From contig OZ037773.1 of the NCBI GenBank assembly GCA_964035545.1, positions 1,765,751 through 1,829,750 of the forward strand: DNA of 64,000 bases. Reading direction: 5' to 3'. Below are positions 50,671 to 64,000 of the stretch, one piece after another (position 1 is the stretch's first letter; each line of letters opens with the position of its first letter). Below the pieces are notes generated by a model. That model was not told the DNA's origin and ran no database searches. It was given only the letters and a program-made list of their open reading frames with translations. Both the position numbers and the translations under genes were made by a program. Source of the DNA: Bugula neritina (taxonomy: Eukaryota > Animalia > Bryozoa).

Positions 50671-53160
50671 TAACATAAACTGAACATGTAGCATGGCCAG
50701 GTGTCTAACATCTAATCACAATCTTATGAGATAATCTCTATTATATAATATGACCTGACAGCTACTATAAAACATACTGGCAGCAATATCAGATGTGTTG
50801 CAAGATAGTTGCTGCCATTGTCTGGGGACTGTTCTTACTTAATGCGCCATGTTTGTTTGTGACAATGATGAAAGGCTTTCTAACAGACTGCATAAAGCTA
50901 CAAAAAGATATAAATGTCAACTTCCTTATTATTTTACAGTATATTTTCATGACATTATTTTAGAGTAAAATTTGTAATGTAAACATGCTGAGCCGCTGCG
51001 TTATGTGCCAACTAAACAATCTTTTAACAAACTACTTTGCTAATTTTTTTTAGGATTGGAAAATATATTACTCTTTCGGAGGTATAACTTACTACATAAT
51101 TAATATACACTTCTGAGAAGTAATATAACATACTATGTAGTAATATACACTTCTGAGAAGTATTACTAATTGTATACTATGTACAGTAGTACCATAATAA
51201 GAGGTATTACATAATGCATAATTACATAATTACATAATGCTCAGGTGATATACCTGAACACACATAGTAAAACTTGAGATACTAACAGATAGAATAGATG
51301 ATGACGAACACACATATGGGACTCAAATGCATGACACTGGGACGTGTGGATTCTAAGAAATGATATGGGAAGCTATGGGAATTATTGCACTTCATGCAGT
51401 ATTTAATAAGTTTACAATCATCAACCTGTACATATACATAGTAGATATACAGAGAGTGTTATGAAGCAATGCAATGCAATAAAAAGTTGTGTAATAAAGT
51501 ATAAACACGTGTGAAACAGAGTAGTTTTTGGGTGATTACATAATAATAGTCCTCTCCTTGTGAAAAGACTGACTACTGAAGACTGGTTGTGAAAAAACTG
51601 AATTATGATGAAACCACCTGAAGACACAACTATGTTACTTCAGATATTTTATTGCTGACAAGAGTTAAGGTATTAAATGGGTTCATGGGAGATGTTTTCA
51701 AGAGTTTTGCAAATAAAAATAAATCTTCCTTGTCAATAAAACTAAACTGCATTTTCAGCTAATCAGAATACATGCTCATTGCGAACAGCATTGAATTTTC
51801 CAGACATCTTGGAACATAGAAAATGCACATTGCCCAAAGTGTCACCATGTGGCACAAAGCCTCAATGTTGACAAGCACTGAGCTTACATGACGCCGTTTT
51901 ACTTCTTCTTAGACAGAGTATTCACACAATGAATGCAATAAATTGCACATTTCATATTATACCATGTAGAGTATAGATGCAGAGTAAACACCTATAACTA
52001 CATTCCTCAAGCAACTGGTAGCTTGACCATAATTATAACTGTTTGTACAGAATAAGAACTAGATTTGTGTATTATTTTTACATTGAATGTGTTGTGAGAT
52101 CTATATTATAAAGACTGCAGCTTTGTATGTATGCCAATTGTTGTTAAAAGGTTCATATTACATGTATAGGTTCTGTATTACATAGTATATACTATATTAT
52201 ACTATATGTGTAGCTTCTATATTACTGCAATAAGAATGTATATTGTTACAATAATTATCCTTAATTTGCTTCATAGTTGGTGGTAATATAGATGTAGGAA
52301 ATCAAGAAATACACTTATTTTGTTTAATATGAAATTGCTGAAAGATTTTATTTAAAACCAATTTCCTATCATGCACTTTAATACAATAAATTACCTGTCT
52401 TAATGCATTAAATGACAATGATTGGATAATTACCTGTTTTATTCTATGACGCAGGTAGCACAGTGAATTAATTTAGAGTAAAAGATTTTATCACCATTTG
52501 AAATTGTTAGTATATAAAGAAATCTGAGGCATGCAACAGTTAAGAACTATCTAGAACAGTGCAAGCTGCAAACTCTTTATCTATCACCTAATATACACGT
52601 AGTTAATACATTTAATTACTTGCATGACTATTGTAAGTAAGCAGGATATGTGTGATATATAACTACTATATTGTATATATTATTATAAATTTGTATTATT
52701 ATATTTGTTTATATGAATTGAATACCATATTTATATAAATCATATTATCATATTCGGCTATATTATATTTTTATATTTATTATTATTAAAAATACTCATT
52801 TATATTAATATGTATATTTACAATGTTGTGCTTATTTATATTTGTTTATAAACGATCCTATTTATATGAAGCATGCATTCATATTTGATTATTTCATATC
52901 ATATTGACTTATATATTAGAGCGTCATTTTATTTATAACATATTACTTATTTACGTAGAAAGGCTTTTGTGATAAATTGTACATAAACCTATTGCAACAA
53001 TTGGTACACTAGATATTGCTGAAAGTAGAGTGTTACATTGCATTATTTAAGGTAACATGGTACTATATAGCTGTATTACTGAATTGAATATACACTGTCA
53101 ATACTTCAGTGTTGTTTATGTATCAAACATATTCTTTAACAAGATTGTATACCACACATG

Positions 53161-53194
53161 TACTAACGCATTTATTGTGTCTTATTTTTCACAG
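53161..53194 (+). promoter_or_regulatory. Consensus branch point (TACTAAC) and acceptor before the first coding exon of the prohormone-4-like gene, implying an upstream non-coding exon
   Basis: tactaac 53161-53167, pyrimidine tract, cag 53192-53194, ATG 9 nt later. Confidence 0.7.
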
Positions 53195-53203
53195 ACATAC
53201 AAG

Positions 53204-55603
53204 ATGACAGTCATCAGAATAATGGCATTGACCTTAGCCCTGTTCTGTGCAGTGGAACATACGAGGGCAGAGTTCAGCGTGGCTGAAGAAGACTACATCC
53301 TGAAGCAGCTTCTCCGATCAATAGACGCACCAGAAAAACGTCAGCAACCATTAGACTCAGGTGACTGATTTCACTACACCATATCCTGTTTACTATAATG
53401 CACACTGTTTTACTGCTTTATGAGCTGCTTTACTACATTACACACTGTTTTACTGCATCACATAATATTATTTTACTGCATCGCACACTGTTTTACTTAT
53501 TTATACAACTCTATTGGCATCTACAGAATCTACTCAAAGCATGTTTACAGAAACCCCCCCCCCCCCCCCCCCTGTTGCAATCACAACTATAACAAAAATG
53601 CGTTTATAGAAAATAACTTTGAAATCATTCCTCAAGTATTAGTTTATATAAAGAGATATTCAATAATCAATTTAGTGTCTGCAACATTATTGTCTCCATG
53701 CGCACAATGGAGTCACATTAATTAATACATTGACTGTGCGATAGTCATCGTGTAATGTAACTATCGATAGGTAAAATGGAGGCGTAGTTCCGTAAATAAA
53801 ATGCTAATGATGAGTTGTGACAGCGTGTTAGAGCTCTCTCAAGGGAGGAAAGTCATCGTCATGATAATACCTTGTACCTGTCTGCCAATCACAGTGCTGT
53901 TGATGTCTACAGTGATTATACAATGCATACACAATGCTTATTATATGTAGTGCTTCTAGAGTTCTTTGAAATACCACATAATTACGATAAGTTCTTTGAA
54001 TGATAATTTATGCATTGGGGGTATAATATAATAGCAGAGCTACCTCAACAGTCAGTAGTTTACACACTTACTTTTGACTGGCTTAACATGATAACACCAA
54101 AGATCTTTCAGCACAAGGCAATGGCTTTCACATACAATAACATTCTATTACTCGTCCTGATAAATATGGGCGAATGTTTTGTTCTGCAAATACCTGAAGG
54201 GTTAGTCAAGAGAGTTTTACAAACAGAGCACACAAAGACTATATACATTGGTAAAGGTAAGACAACCAAAGATTATATGAAGAGAATATGTAGATCTGGA
54301 TAATGTAGCAATGCTGTAACTTTTTGTATCATGTAACATGTAATTCTTATCTGAAATTATATTATATAACTTTATGTATATAACATATTATATAATTCTA
54401 AAATACAAATAATATAATAGAGTACCACTGCATGTGTAAGGTGTACAAAGATCATACACCAGCTACACACTCTGGTACCACACTAAGCTATAGAGAGTAT
54501 AAAGCATAATATTTTCTATGATTACATTTATTTCATCTGGAAACACAAAAACAAACTTGCTTAGACATCAAAAAAGCTCGTTTTGCAAACAGCAAAAGAA
54601 TCAGAGAGTCTTTGTATAATATATATTTTATAGAAAACAATGTGCTATTGTATGAATTTAGATCTTAAAGATATTATATGTACGGTAACTTATGACTTGG
54701 AAAGAAATAAACACTTTTTTATATTATTAGTAGAACTATACTATTTGAAATTTTAGTAATTTTTTTCTATTTATAAATATGATCTACCAGTTTTTAAAAT
54801 GCATGAAAAATTTAAAAAAACTGAATTGCTATTTTCTCTCTCTTCTAAAATTTTTAGTTTAGGTATCCAACAAAATAATAACATAGTATACAAAGTGTAG
54901 GTTATGCTTTGTATGTATTTATAATGGTAATGCATTAGTTAAATAGAACATGCACACGTACACCCACACATACACGTAAATGTATACCAACACCCACATG
55001 TACACCTACACGTACACATACAAGTACACATACACGTACACCAAAAATGATGTGTATATTGTGCAATGCAATGCGTGGTTAAATGTATGGTCATAGAACA
55101 TAGCGTGATATAAAATAATGTATATGAATCATAGGTTTATATAATGCATTAAAATATGTATAAAATGTATTGTTTTAAGACAATATAATAAGGGCATGTG
55201 ATTCCGTATTATATATACCTATAAATAATGTTTTATACTATATAACATAGTGTATAATGTAGTCCTTATAATGCATATATGTGAGAGTAAAATGGTTAAA
55301 AAACATGGAGTATGATATGATAAATCATATTGATTACATAATATATACGCACACATAATGTGCCAAATGGTCAGCGTCACATTTACGTAGGTGAAACAGT
55401 TCAGACTTTATGTAATCATAAATGTCACGGCTCAAGGGAGAGAGTGACATTAGCTTGGAGCTGGGGATAGGCCTGTTTATACCATCTCTATCTCATCTAA
55501 GGGTCACTATATTTATTATCTTTTATTATATTGTTTTATGTTATATTATATAGTATGTGCAGTCTTCTCTATATGCATAATATATATATATATATGTGCG
55601 TGC

Positions 55604-55643
<40 letters not shown>

Positions 55644-58600
55644 GCGTGTATATATCCTTATAAATATTAGATGTACCCTGGAGTCTGTTCATTTATCAAA
55701 TGTATATATTATTAGTAGTCCCACATAGATATACTCTATTTTAAATAATTTATTCATTTACATGAATAGAAAATCATCAAAGCAACAATCATTTCGAGGC
55801 ACATCGTTATTTCTTGAGGGACATCATTTTTTATGTTTTATTTAATCCATAGGAGGTTGACATGCTAAGCTACTGTTGAGAATTCAATAGTGTTGATGGA
55901 ATCTAAACACAACCCATTCAATAATTAAGCAGCTGCTGTACTTCTATTTTAACCACTATTCAAATCAGTTTTGCTAGAAAATATGTACAAAGTTTACAGT
56001 TGTTATAAATGCAACTTCATAGACTTTAAATACATTTTTATTTATTATACATGCAGTGCATTAATTCCCTATTGAAAAATATTTGCAATTCTGACCCAAT
56101 AGTTTATATATTTCTCATAGCAAATAATTTGCATTTCTAGCTAGTCCATTCTCTTCATTAACATGTTTGTGTTTTAGTGTCCTATAACGAGCTTATAGTT
56201 TACAACTCCTGCTGCTGAGTGCATGTTTTGACTCATACTTCAAAGTAAAACTTGCAACGTTACATTTTAACTAATTTTTTTAAAAAATGTCAACATGGTG
56301 AACTTTAAGCTGACATTTGACAGCATCTTTCTCGGTAATTAGTGACCCACAATGCTTTGCATATTTACTGTGCAGTGGTTGCCAATAACAATCATATTAT
56401 AGACACACATTTCACAAAGAAACACCTTCAACTCTACAGTTGGTACAATAATGTTATACGCTATATGATATCTAAACTTAAATTGTTAAAGTAGTATAGT
56501 AGCCGTTATCAACTATTTATAATTTAGTGAAAATCTGCAAAAATAAAAACGTACAATAGTATATTATATAACAAAATATAAAAGTGAACAGTAGATAAGA
56601 ATACATATTAGAAACATTTATAAAGATTATTGGGCTATTCTACGTAATTAGCTGATCTAACCTAGGCATAGCAATACAACAAACAGAAGTTGATAGTATC
56701 TAACTCCTGCATCTCAAATCAGCATGTATATATACACCAGCTATTTTCATACTGCAGAGAACACATCCATGATCATAGATATTGCCCTGAACTGTAGGTC
56801 TTACAAATGTCAGGTATAAGTTATATTTAGTGCTGTGGCAATTCAGGTACACCCACTAGTTAATTTTGGAATAAACTGCTAATTAATACCTGCAAGTAAC
56901 TGTAGAGACTTCTAGACTTATACTGTATAATATTCTCGACAGCTACATTTCCAATGCCCAATGGAGTTGAAACCGAGGATCTAAAATTAAGCATTATATA
57001 TTTTGCATGTGATTTCTTGTTAGTTAGGTAGCAACACTGATCATATGAAAATCTTCTTAAACTATAATATCCTAAACATAACGTGTAATACTCTATTGTA
57101 TAATACTTATAATACTTTATAATGCTTTATAATATATATTTTATAAATGTATTACTTTATTGTTTTGTCTAGCGAAACTCAAAACAAGTCAACACTAAAC
57201 ATGAAAATCTGAAAAAATTGAAAGTATTACTAGTTTTGTCACTGCAATGCAGGCTTAACATTTTTAAATTTGTTCAAACAATCTGTGGTAACCTTAATTG
57301 AGACTATCTCGACCTATTTCTTGCAATGTTAGCAAAGACCTATAGGTGAAATATCAAAACTGTTTACGAATAATTTTTCCAAGATGGAGGATATTATTTC
57401 GAAGATATTTGATCTTGAAATATATTGAGAATTGATAAGTTAATGAGAGCAGCAACTAGAAGTGGCACCAATATTAAAGTAAATCCAGTAACAAAAGTAA
57501 AACATAAAGGTTTTCAAAGGAAAAATGTTCTTATATAAAAAGGAAGCTGTTAGCTAATAATTTTGAGACTAGAGAAGCCATGCTTTTTAAGAAGTTTTGA
57601 GGATTAACAAATGTAACACAAAAAGTTCTCTGCCACAAATAAACTCCTAAAATTTAAACCAAAAATTAAAAACCAGCGAAAACTTTGCCACCTCGAAATG
57701 ACTAACTAAATTAAAATGTTGAAATGTGATTTGCCAATTGAAAGTTGTAATAAATTCATGAGGGTTTCATTGCAGTTTACTTCTTTTTTTATGCTTAATG
57801 TGAACTTTTTCCATCCTAGCTGGCTGCGGGAGGTAAGGAAGTTGTGTGCTCATAGTGAATAGTCATGTTACATGTAAATGGTTTGTTGCTGTAGAATTCA
57901 ACAATTGCCCTGAAGACGAGCCTTTCCCTTGTAAGTCTACCAACAAGTGTATCTCACTGAAACACGTGTGTGACGGCAACTATGACTGTCCAGAGCGGTG
58001 GGACGAGGACCAGGAAGTGTGTATAGCCTGTGAGTATTGTCCACTACACAGTATACAATATAGTGTGTAGTGGATAATATATATAGTACACAGTATATAT
58101 AGTACATAGTATAGAGTATGCAGTATATATATATATAATGTAGTATACAGTGCTGAGTATAATATAGTAGATAATATGTAGTAGATAGTATATATGGTGT
58201 CATAGTATTTATAGTACACAGTATACTTTAACATGTAGTAAATAACATATTATAGTATATATAGTACACATTGTACTGTACACGTCTACACAATAAATGG
58301 TACAGCTGCAGCTTAAGCACATAAATGTGTCATAAAATTTTCGCCTATGGGAATATTTTTTCAAAAGTCAGCCCAAACTGGGATCTGATATGATTTGGTC
58401 TCTAGAGCTTTGTGTCCTTCTGGTTTGTGACGCAACACGTGTACCGTGATGTATAACACTTGTGATGTAACACTTGAGACAAATTCTTGCATAAGATATT
58501 CCGAATGTCATTCCGAGATTGCACTTCCTCTTATTTCTCAAGTTGTTTCAATGATATAAATACTGCAGTTTCTGTGACTGAGTTCGTTCTACTGTATATT

Positions 58601-59504
58601 ATAACCCTTGTGTTTAATCTGCTGTAGATAATACTTATGTGCATATTGCTGTAGATCTCACTTGTGTTTAATCTACTGCAGATAATGCTTATGTGTATAT
58701 TGCTGTAGATCTCACTGGTTTACACTTCTGCGGATATCACTTGTGTATACTACTGTAGATCTGTCATTTACTTTGACTGCCCATTTTATTTGTCTCCACA
58801 TTCAGATCAGAGAGTTCCTGCTGAAGACATGCTGAATTTCGTGGAGCAGCAGGCAAGATGGCTGATTCCGGCTTTCTTCAAGTCGATAGTGAAAAGCCGT
58901 GATGATCTGCAGAAGATAGCCTCTGCTCTATCAACCAGCGCAAATATTGACGTATTCCAAAGCAAACTGCATCTTTCTAGGCAGTCGGCGAGAGACTTTG
59001 AATCTGCTTTATACGCTGTCAGAAGTAAGTATATGTCACGCTGTCAGAAGTAAGTATATGCCACGCTGTCAGAAGTAAGTATATGTCACGCTGTCAGAAG
59101 TAAGTATATGTCACGCTGTCAGAAGTAAGTATATGTCACGCTGTCAGAAGAAAGTATATGTCACGCTGTCAGAAGTAAGAAGGCCCTGCAGTTAAAAATA
59201 AGTGTACACTCTATTGCTGAATTTGACGTCGGTTTTCCCATGTAAACAGATATATAACTTGTGTTGAGGTGCTGATCTGTATTCTCTACTGTCAGGTAAT
59301 GGCAAGTTCTTTATAGCTAGATATTGACATGTTATCTACTGTCAGGTATTGGCAGGTTTTTTATAGCTAGGTATTGACATATATTATCTGCTGTCAGGTA
59401 ACGACATGGGCACTCTGGAAAGATTTGGAATGAAACCAGAGTCATGGTCTGAAGTTAAATCTGTGTTTAAAAACTTGATTGACTCTGGACTACTGCAGCA
59501 ATAG
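53204..59504 (+). CDS. Neuropeptide prohormone-4-like (IDL/LDLa-domain) secreted protein, 205 aa; exons 53204-53360, 57895-58029, 58806-59024, 59398-59504
   Basis: Signal peptide (MTVIRIMALTLALFCAVEHTRA), dibasic KR site, single LDL-receptor class A module (CPEDEPFPCKSTNKCISLKHVCDGNYDCPERWDEDQEVC), then YQRVPAED...IASALSTSANIDVFQSKLHL...NDMGTLERFGMKPESWSEVKSVFKNLIDSGLL, which parallels the insect prohormone-4 C-terminus (KRPPVEE...VAIALSESQTIEDF...GDLGMLKSIGIK...VKFFLEKLVNTGFLD, recalled from memory); all introns phase 1. Confidence 0.9.
55580..55655. repeat. (TA)n-(GTGC)n-(GT)n compound microsatellite
   Basis: Direct reading. Confidence 0.95.
58605..58762. repeat. Degenerate 25-28-bp repeats (gctgtagat core) just upstream of prohormone exon 3
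   Basis: ctgtagat/ctgcagat recurs at ~58622, 58649, 58676, 58703, 58753. Confidence 0.75.
59013..59179 (+). repeat. 25-bp tandem repeat x~6.7 containing the exon 3 splice donor
   Basis: acgctgtcagaagtaagtatatgtc at 59013, 59038, 59063, 59088, 59113, 59138, 59163. Confidence 0.97.
59286..59402 (+). repeat. 50-52-bp tandem repeat containing the exon 4 splice acceptor (three CAG|GTA sites)
   Basis: ct(a/g)ctgtcaggta at 59286, 59336, 59388. Confidence 0.9.
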
Positions 59505-59681
59505 ATAGCCTATACATAGAATGGAATGAAAACTCTTAAATCGGAGGATTGAAAGGAAGCCAACTCCTAATTAGCTGGTTATAAATGAATAACGCGTATA
59601 CCTGTGATAGAAGTAGTTTCACGTTGAATAGTTGATGCCAAGGAATGCTCTAGTTTGGTGCTTGTGCATCTTTAGCGATGG

Positions 59682-59685
<4 letters not shown>

Positions 59686-59767
<82 letters not shown>
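59686..59767. repeat. Pure (TA)n microsatellite in prohormone 3' region
   Basis: Direct reading. Confidence 0.98.
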
Positions 59768-59771
<4 letters not shown>

Positions 59772-62227
59772 GCATAGGCCTATATATAATATATATGATT
59801 GTGCTATAAATTATTGAATAAAATATCAGATATATTATACTATATTATTTTATTATTATATTTCAACTGAGATTTTCACGAACAACTGAATGATTTACTA
59901 TAGCTATTATATACTATGAATAATGTTATTTAAATATGCATCTCTAATACAACTTTATAGTTTTACCAAATTAATTAAAATAATTTTTCTATATTGTTTG
60001 TGCAACTTGTGTTAGCTATAGGTATAATAATATGATGTGTGGAAAATGTGTTTGTGTTTTATTCATTTATTGTTGTTTCATTGTTCCAAAACTGGAAAAT
60101 AAAAGAATTTTCTTTAAAGAAATCATGAAAATAATCATTGAATCTGCATACAGTCATATTAACTTATTAATTTATACTGGGTGTAGATGATAGCTGCATG
60201 TCCTATCATTCCAATGGCAATGACTCAAAAATAATATAGTAGTAATATCTCATCATGAAATTATGTGGACATTCATAATGGTTTTACACTTGAAGTTGTG
60301 TGAACTTTTGAGTAGTTGTTGCATGCCATTTTATTTACCTGTCCTGATGCACACTTAATTTACAAAATTTACAAATTGAATGATTGTTTGGTAGATACTA
60401 CATTAATAATTGAATTTATCTTAGCAAATTATATCAGCCTACAATTACTGCAGCACCTGCATGGTATTTTCTAAAGTGTAAGAAAATTATGAGCTGGGTG
60501 CAACTTAGTAGCAAACTGTTATGAATGCAGCTTGCAATGTAGAACTTTTATTTTTTCTAATACATGCAACAGTCATTACACTTTTTATGCAATATATAAA
60601 ACATCAACATGCATAGGAGATTTTTCATCAAACAGAAAATATTATTGTTAAATTGTCCACGTGTGAAGACTGTGGAAAGCATGAGAGTTAATAATTTTTT
60701 GAAAAAAACTTCTACTCAAAAAATAATTGCATGTATCTGCTACAATGTACACATACATGTAACACAATGAACGTATATTTCGTTTGCGGAGTTATTCACT
60801 CGACTTAGATATATGCGCAAATACTCTGCTAGATCAATCCATTCGAAAAAAGTTCTAAACTGGTACGAGGAGAACCTTGACCCTGAAATGGCATTGGAAC
60901 CAAAATAAAATATTAATTAACACGTTACCCTTTAATGGTGAAATGCATTAGCATGTTAACAGGTTTATCATCTTTGATTTTCGTAAGTAAAATGATAAAC
61001 TAATAACTATAAGTAATAACTGTGTAAGTAAACTAGCAACCTTTTAGACTCTATGAACTCTACACCCAAAACTATTTCTCACTCTGAACTAGAAACTTAC
61101 TAAAACTAAAAGCGAAACTCTAAGTCTAAGTCAAACCGTAAGCAAAACTACTAGTTATACTAGTAGTAGTACTAATACTAATAGTAATAGTAATTAGTAA
61201 TAATATAAATATTAATTTATAATTTATAGCATGATATAGTAATATAGTATAACTTACTACCTTAGGCTTAAGCAACCTAGTAGTAGTATACTTACAGTTA
61301 CAATTACTACTTAGTACTAATAGTAATAGTAATACTTACAGTTACGTAGTTAGTGAGTTAGTCTTACTCTTATAGTTAATGTTATACTTATACTTATAGC
61401 CTACTATAAGTATCTTAATATAGTAATTTATTAGTAATAGTTGTAGCGTTTATTTATATACTTCTAGCTGAGCTTGACAAGTATTTGCATGTTTAGCAGC
61501 AGCAATAAGAAAATGAATAGTTAGTTTATGTTCTAGCTGTTTTGAACGTATTACTGATAAATAATAATTGTAATCAAAATAACCACTACAACAGAGCCAA
61601 TTGCCATTTGGTAACAATTAGATTTGGCTAATGGTACTAACTCTTAGTTTTATGCTTGAATTATTTTGATTATTTTCATTAAGACACTATATGCTAATAA
61701 AAGTTGAAAAAAAATGTTGACCAAACAACTTTTGACAATCAATCGAATTTCAAAAACTTGCAGTGTGATGACTAAAATTCATAGGTCATGTCATTATACT
61801 CAACAAGTTAACTCAAGTCATCAAGTCAAGGAATTTCAAGTTCTCAAAACAGTAAACTTGTACATGAGTCAGCATGACTTGAAATTAAGATACTTCATCA
61901 GTCAAGAATAAGTATGACATTCTCAGGGAAATTTACACTTTGTAAGAATGAGATGAGTCGCACCAATAACTATGGAATTGACTTATGGAATTGTAAATAT
62001 TATCATCAAATTTAGACATCATTTTTGGTTTTCAGTAACTAAATTTATGAATCATGTAAATGTGCCCCAGGTCTATATCAATGCTCCAACTTGATGACAG
62101 GGGTTACATGACTGTCAGAAACTGCTAAATAAAGTTAAACTTTGAAATGTTAGTTATAATTTAAATTTAGGGTAACTAGAGCATCAATGTTAAATACAAA
62201 CACTTTAGAATTACCAACATAACTGTA

Positions 62228-62321
62228 AAATGTAAATAATTTAACTTAACTATTGAAGTGCAGTAGAAGAGTATTTACTCTTCTACTGCACTTCAATAGT
62301 TAAGTTAAATTATTTACATTT
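62228..62321. repeat. Perfect palindrome, 46-bp arms, 2-nt spacer, upstream of NEMF
   Basis: aaatgtaaataatttaacttaactattgaagtgcagtagaagagta-tt-tactcttctactgcacttcaatagttaagttaaattatttacattt. Confidence 0.97.
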
Positions 62322-62438
62322 CACTGTGTAGCATAATTTACTAATTAACTAACGTAATGCTATGATTACAATTAACTTAGTTTATGTTCTGCCGCGTTGC
62401 TATAGCAATATCTTGTGTTTATAAGGACTCAAACTGCC

Positions 62439-63097
62439 ATGAAGTCTCGATACAGCTCCATAGATATTAAAGCTGTTTTACTAGAGATCAGAAATCAGTA
62501 AGTATTCTATCTTTTTTCAACTTATATGTTGATTGATTGATTTATTTTTTTATTACATGTCATAGATATGAAAATGTTCAGTATTAATACTGGCCGTAAG
62601 AAATGGTTCATGCAATGCAAATGGTGAAATGGCGTCAATGTGAGATTTGATGAGATTTCTCAGTAACCTATAAACTACCTTCCACTTCACATGTAACTAC
62701 AGTGTAATGCTTCACATGATGTGAACAGTTTGTTTTAGTATATAATTTTGTGCTTTAATCTTCTGTTATAGGTTCTCTGGCTTAAGAGTAGCCAATATTT
62801 ACGATGTGGATAATAAAACTTACTTGTTGAAGTTTACTAAGTGAGTTACAAAGTTTTCTGGTCTTATAAAGGACTTAATGTGTGTAACTTGTGTGATAAC
62901 TTGTGTGGTCATGTGATCGAATGTGTTCAATTGGTTTTGTATGGTTATGTAATATAATCAAGCTCTCAATGCTGCCTCTACTGTTTATTTTTAGACCAGA
63001 CTCCAAAAAGGTTTTGCTTATAGAATCAGGAATTCGAATTCATATAACAGAATATGATTGGCCAAAGAGTAGCTTCCCTTCTGGGTTCAGCATGAAG
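62439..63097 (+). CDS. NEMF: Ribosome quality control subunit NEMF (Rqc2/Caliban), first three exons 62439-62497, 62772-62840, 62995-63097; gene continues past the window
   Basis: Spliced [77 protein letters not shown] matches the NEMF N-terminus (MKSRFSTIDLRAVL...[14 protein letters not shown]...LLLESGIRIHTTEFEWPK). Confidence 0.97.
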
Positions 63098-63388
63098 GTA
63101 ATGTATAGAATGTATCATCTGCCTGATGTATAGTAGGGAGGGAGGGTGGGGTCTAGTTGAATTAAAAGTTTCGTCTTTGAACACAGGTTTTGAAGAACTT
63201 TATGGCCAATCTAGAGACCAGCTCTGCGGAAGTCAGTCTTATGTTGCTGTCTTTGTCCATTAAAACTAAGTGCATAAGCATTTTACTCTTTAAGTTTTTT
63301 GGCACAGCCTGCCGCAGTACTTTGAAAACATTCGCTGAATATTTGAATTACACATTGGCCTACAGTTGCAGTTGTTCTAGGACTAAAT

Positions 63389-63960
63389 GTATGTTTTTAT
63401 TTACATATCGATGGCATAAAAATTTTTAATCAAGAAAAAGATAAACTCAAATTCAAAAATTCATGTGCCCGATTGTAATGACCATAGTGAAAATAATTAG
63501 TAGGGCAAGTTGTACCTGGTTCAACTCGCCCCACTTCCACTGTAGTTCAACTAGCTCCACACTGTCATGCTGCAGGTTGTTGTCAATATCTGCTGTGAGT
63601 GAGATGTCTCTTCATTGCCCAGCTCTGAAATCAATGCCACAATTTGCATGCCTGAATTTACTCGATTGGGCTAGTATGTTTTTATTTACATATCGATGGC
63701 ATAAAAATTTTTAATCAAGAAAAAGATAAACTCAAATTCAAAAATTCATGTGCCCGATTGTAATGACCATAGTGAAAATAATTAGTAGGGCAAGTTGTAC
63801 CTGGTTCAACTCGCCCCACTTCCACTGTAGTTCAACTAGCTCCACACTGTCATGCTGCAGGTTGTTGTCAATATCTGCTGTGAGTGAGATGTCTCTTCAT
63901 TGCCCAGCTCTGAAATCAATGCCACAATTTGCATGCCTGAATTTACTCGATTGGGCTAGT
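63389..63960. repeat. 285-bp direct tandem duplication in NEMF intron 3
   Basis: gtatgtttttatttacatatcgatggc... starts at 63389 and 63674; copies look identical by eye. Confidence 0.95.
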
Positions 63961-64000
63961 AAAACTGGAGAAGCTTTTCAACTTTTCTATGAAAAATTAA

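Noticed and set aside
57895-58029. LDL receptor / LRP gene
   Set aside because: Only one LDLa module, flanked by signal peptide/KR and a prohormone-4-type C-terminus; no EGF, YWTD or TM exons
42470-59179. CRISPR-like arrays (25-, 30-, 34-, 44-bp repeats)
   Set aside because: Contiguous tandem units with no unique spacers, eukaryotic context, no cas genes

Overview
AT-rich, intron-containing animal (invertebrate-type) genomic DNA; the bacterial-style ORF track is mostly uninformative, so genes were rebuilt by hand from GT-AG splice sites and reading-frame phase. Bases ~1.1-35.3 kb are a head-to-tail array of three ~11-11.6 kb units. Each unit carries (i) on the + strand a 10-exon gene with no family I recognise (892 aa in copies 2 and 3) whose product looks like a membrane-anchored, disordered scaffold: a hydrophobic anchor, ~8-9 LC8/DYNLL-type TQT motifs, one or two AKAP-type amphipathic helices, a PP2A-B56 LxxIxE motif and two C-terminal EB1-binding SxIP motifs; and (ii) on the - strand a decayed phospholipase B1-like (SGNH/GDSL) pseudogene, which in unit 1 also encloses an NHL/beta-propeller-like pseudo-exon. 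The array edges fall inside intron 1 of the scaffold gene (copy 1 lacks a clear exon 1, and a lone exon 1 trails the array). Outside the array: 3' end of an ARF-family GTPase gene, a LITAF-domain gene, a prohormone-4-like (LDLa) gene whose last intron has tandemly multiplied donor and acceptor sites, the first three exons of NEMF with a perfect 46-bp-arm palindrome upstream, two MITE families and many mini/microsatellites. All motif-based functions are inferences from sequence; no database search was run.
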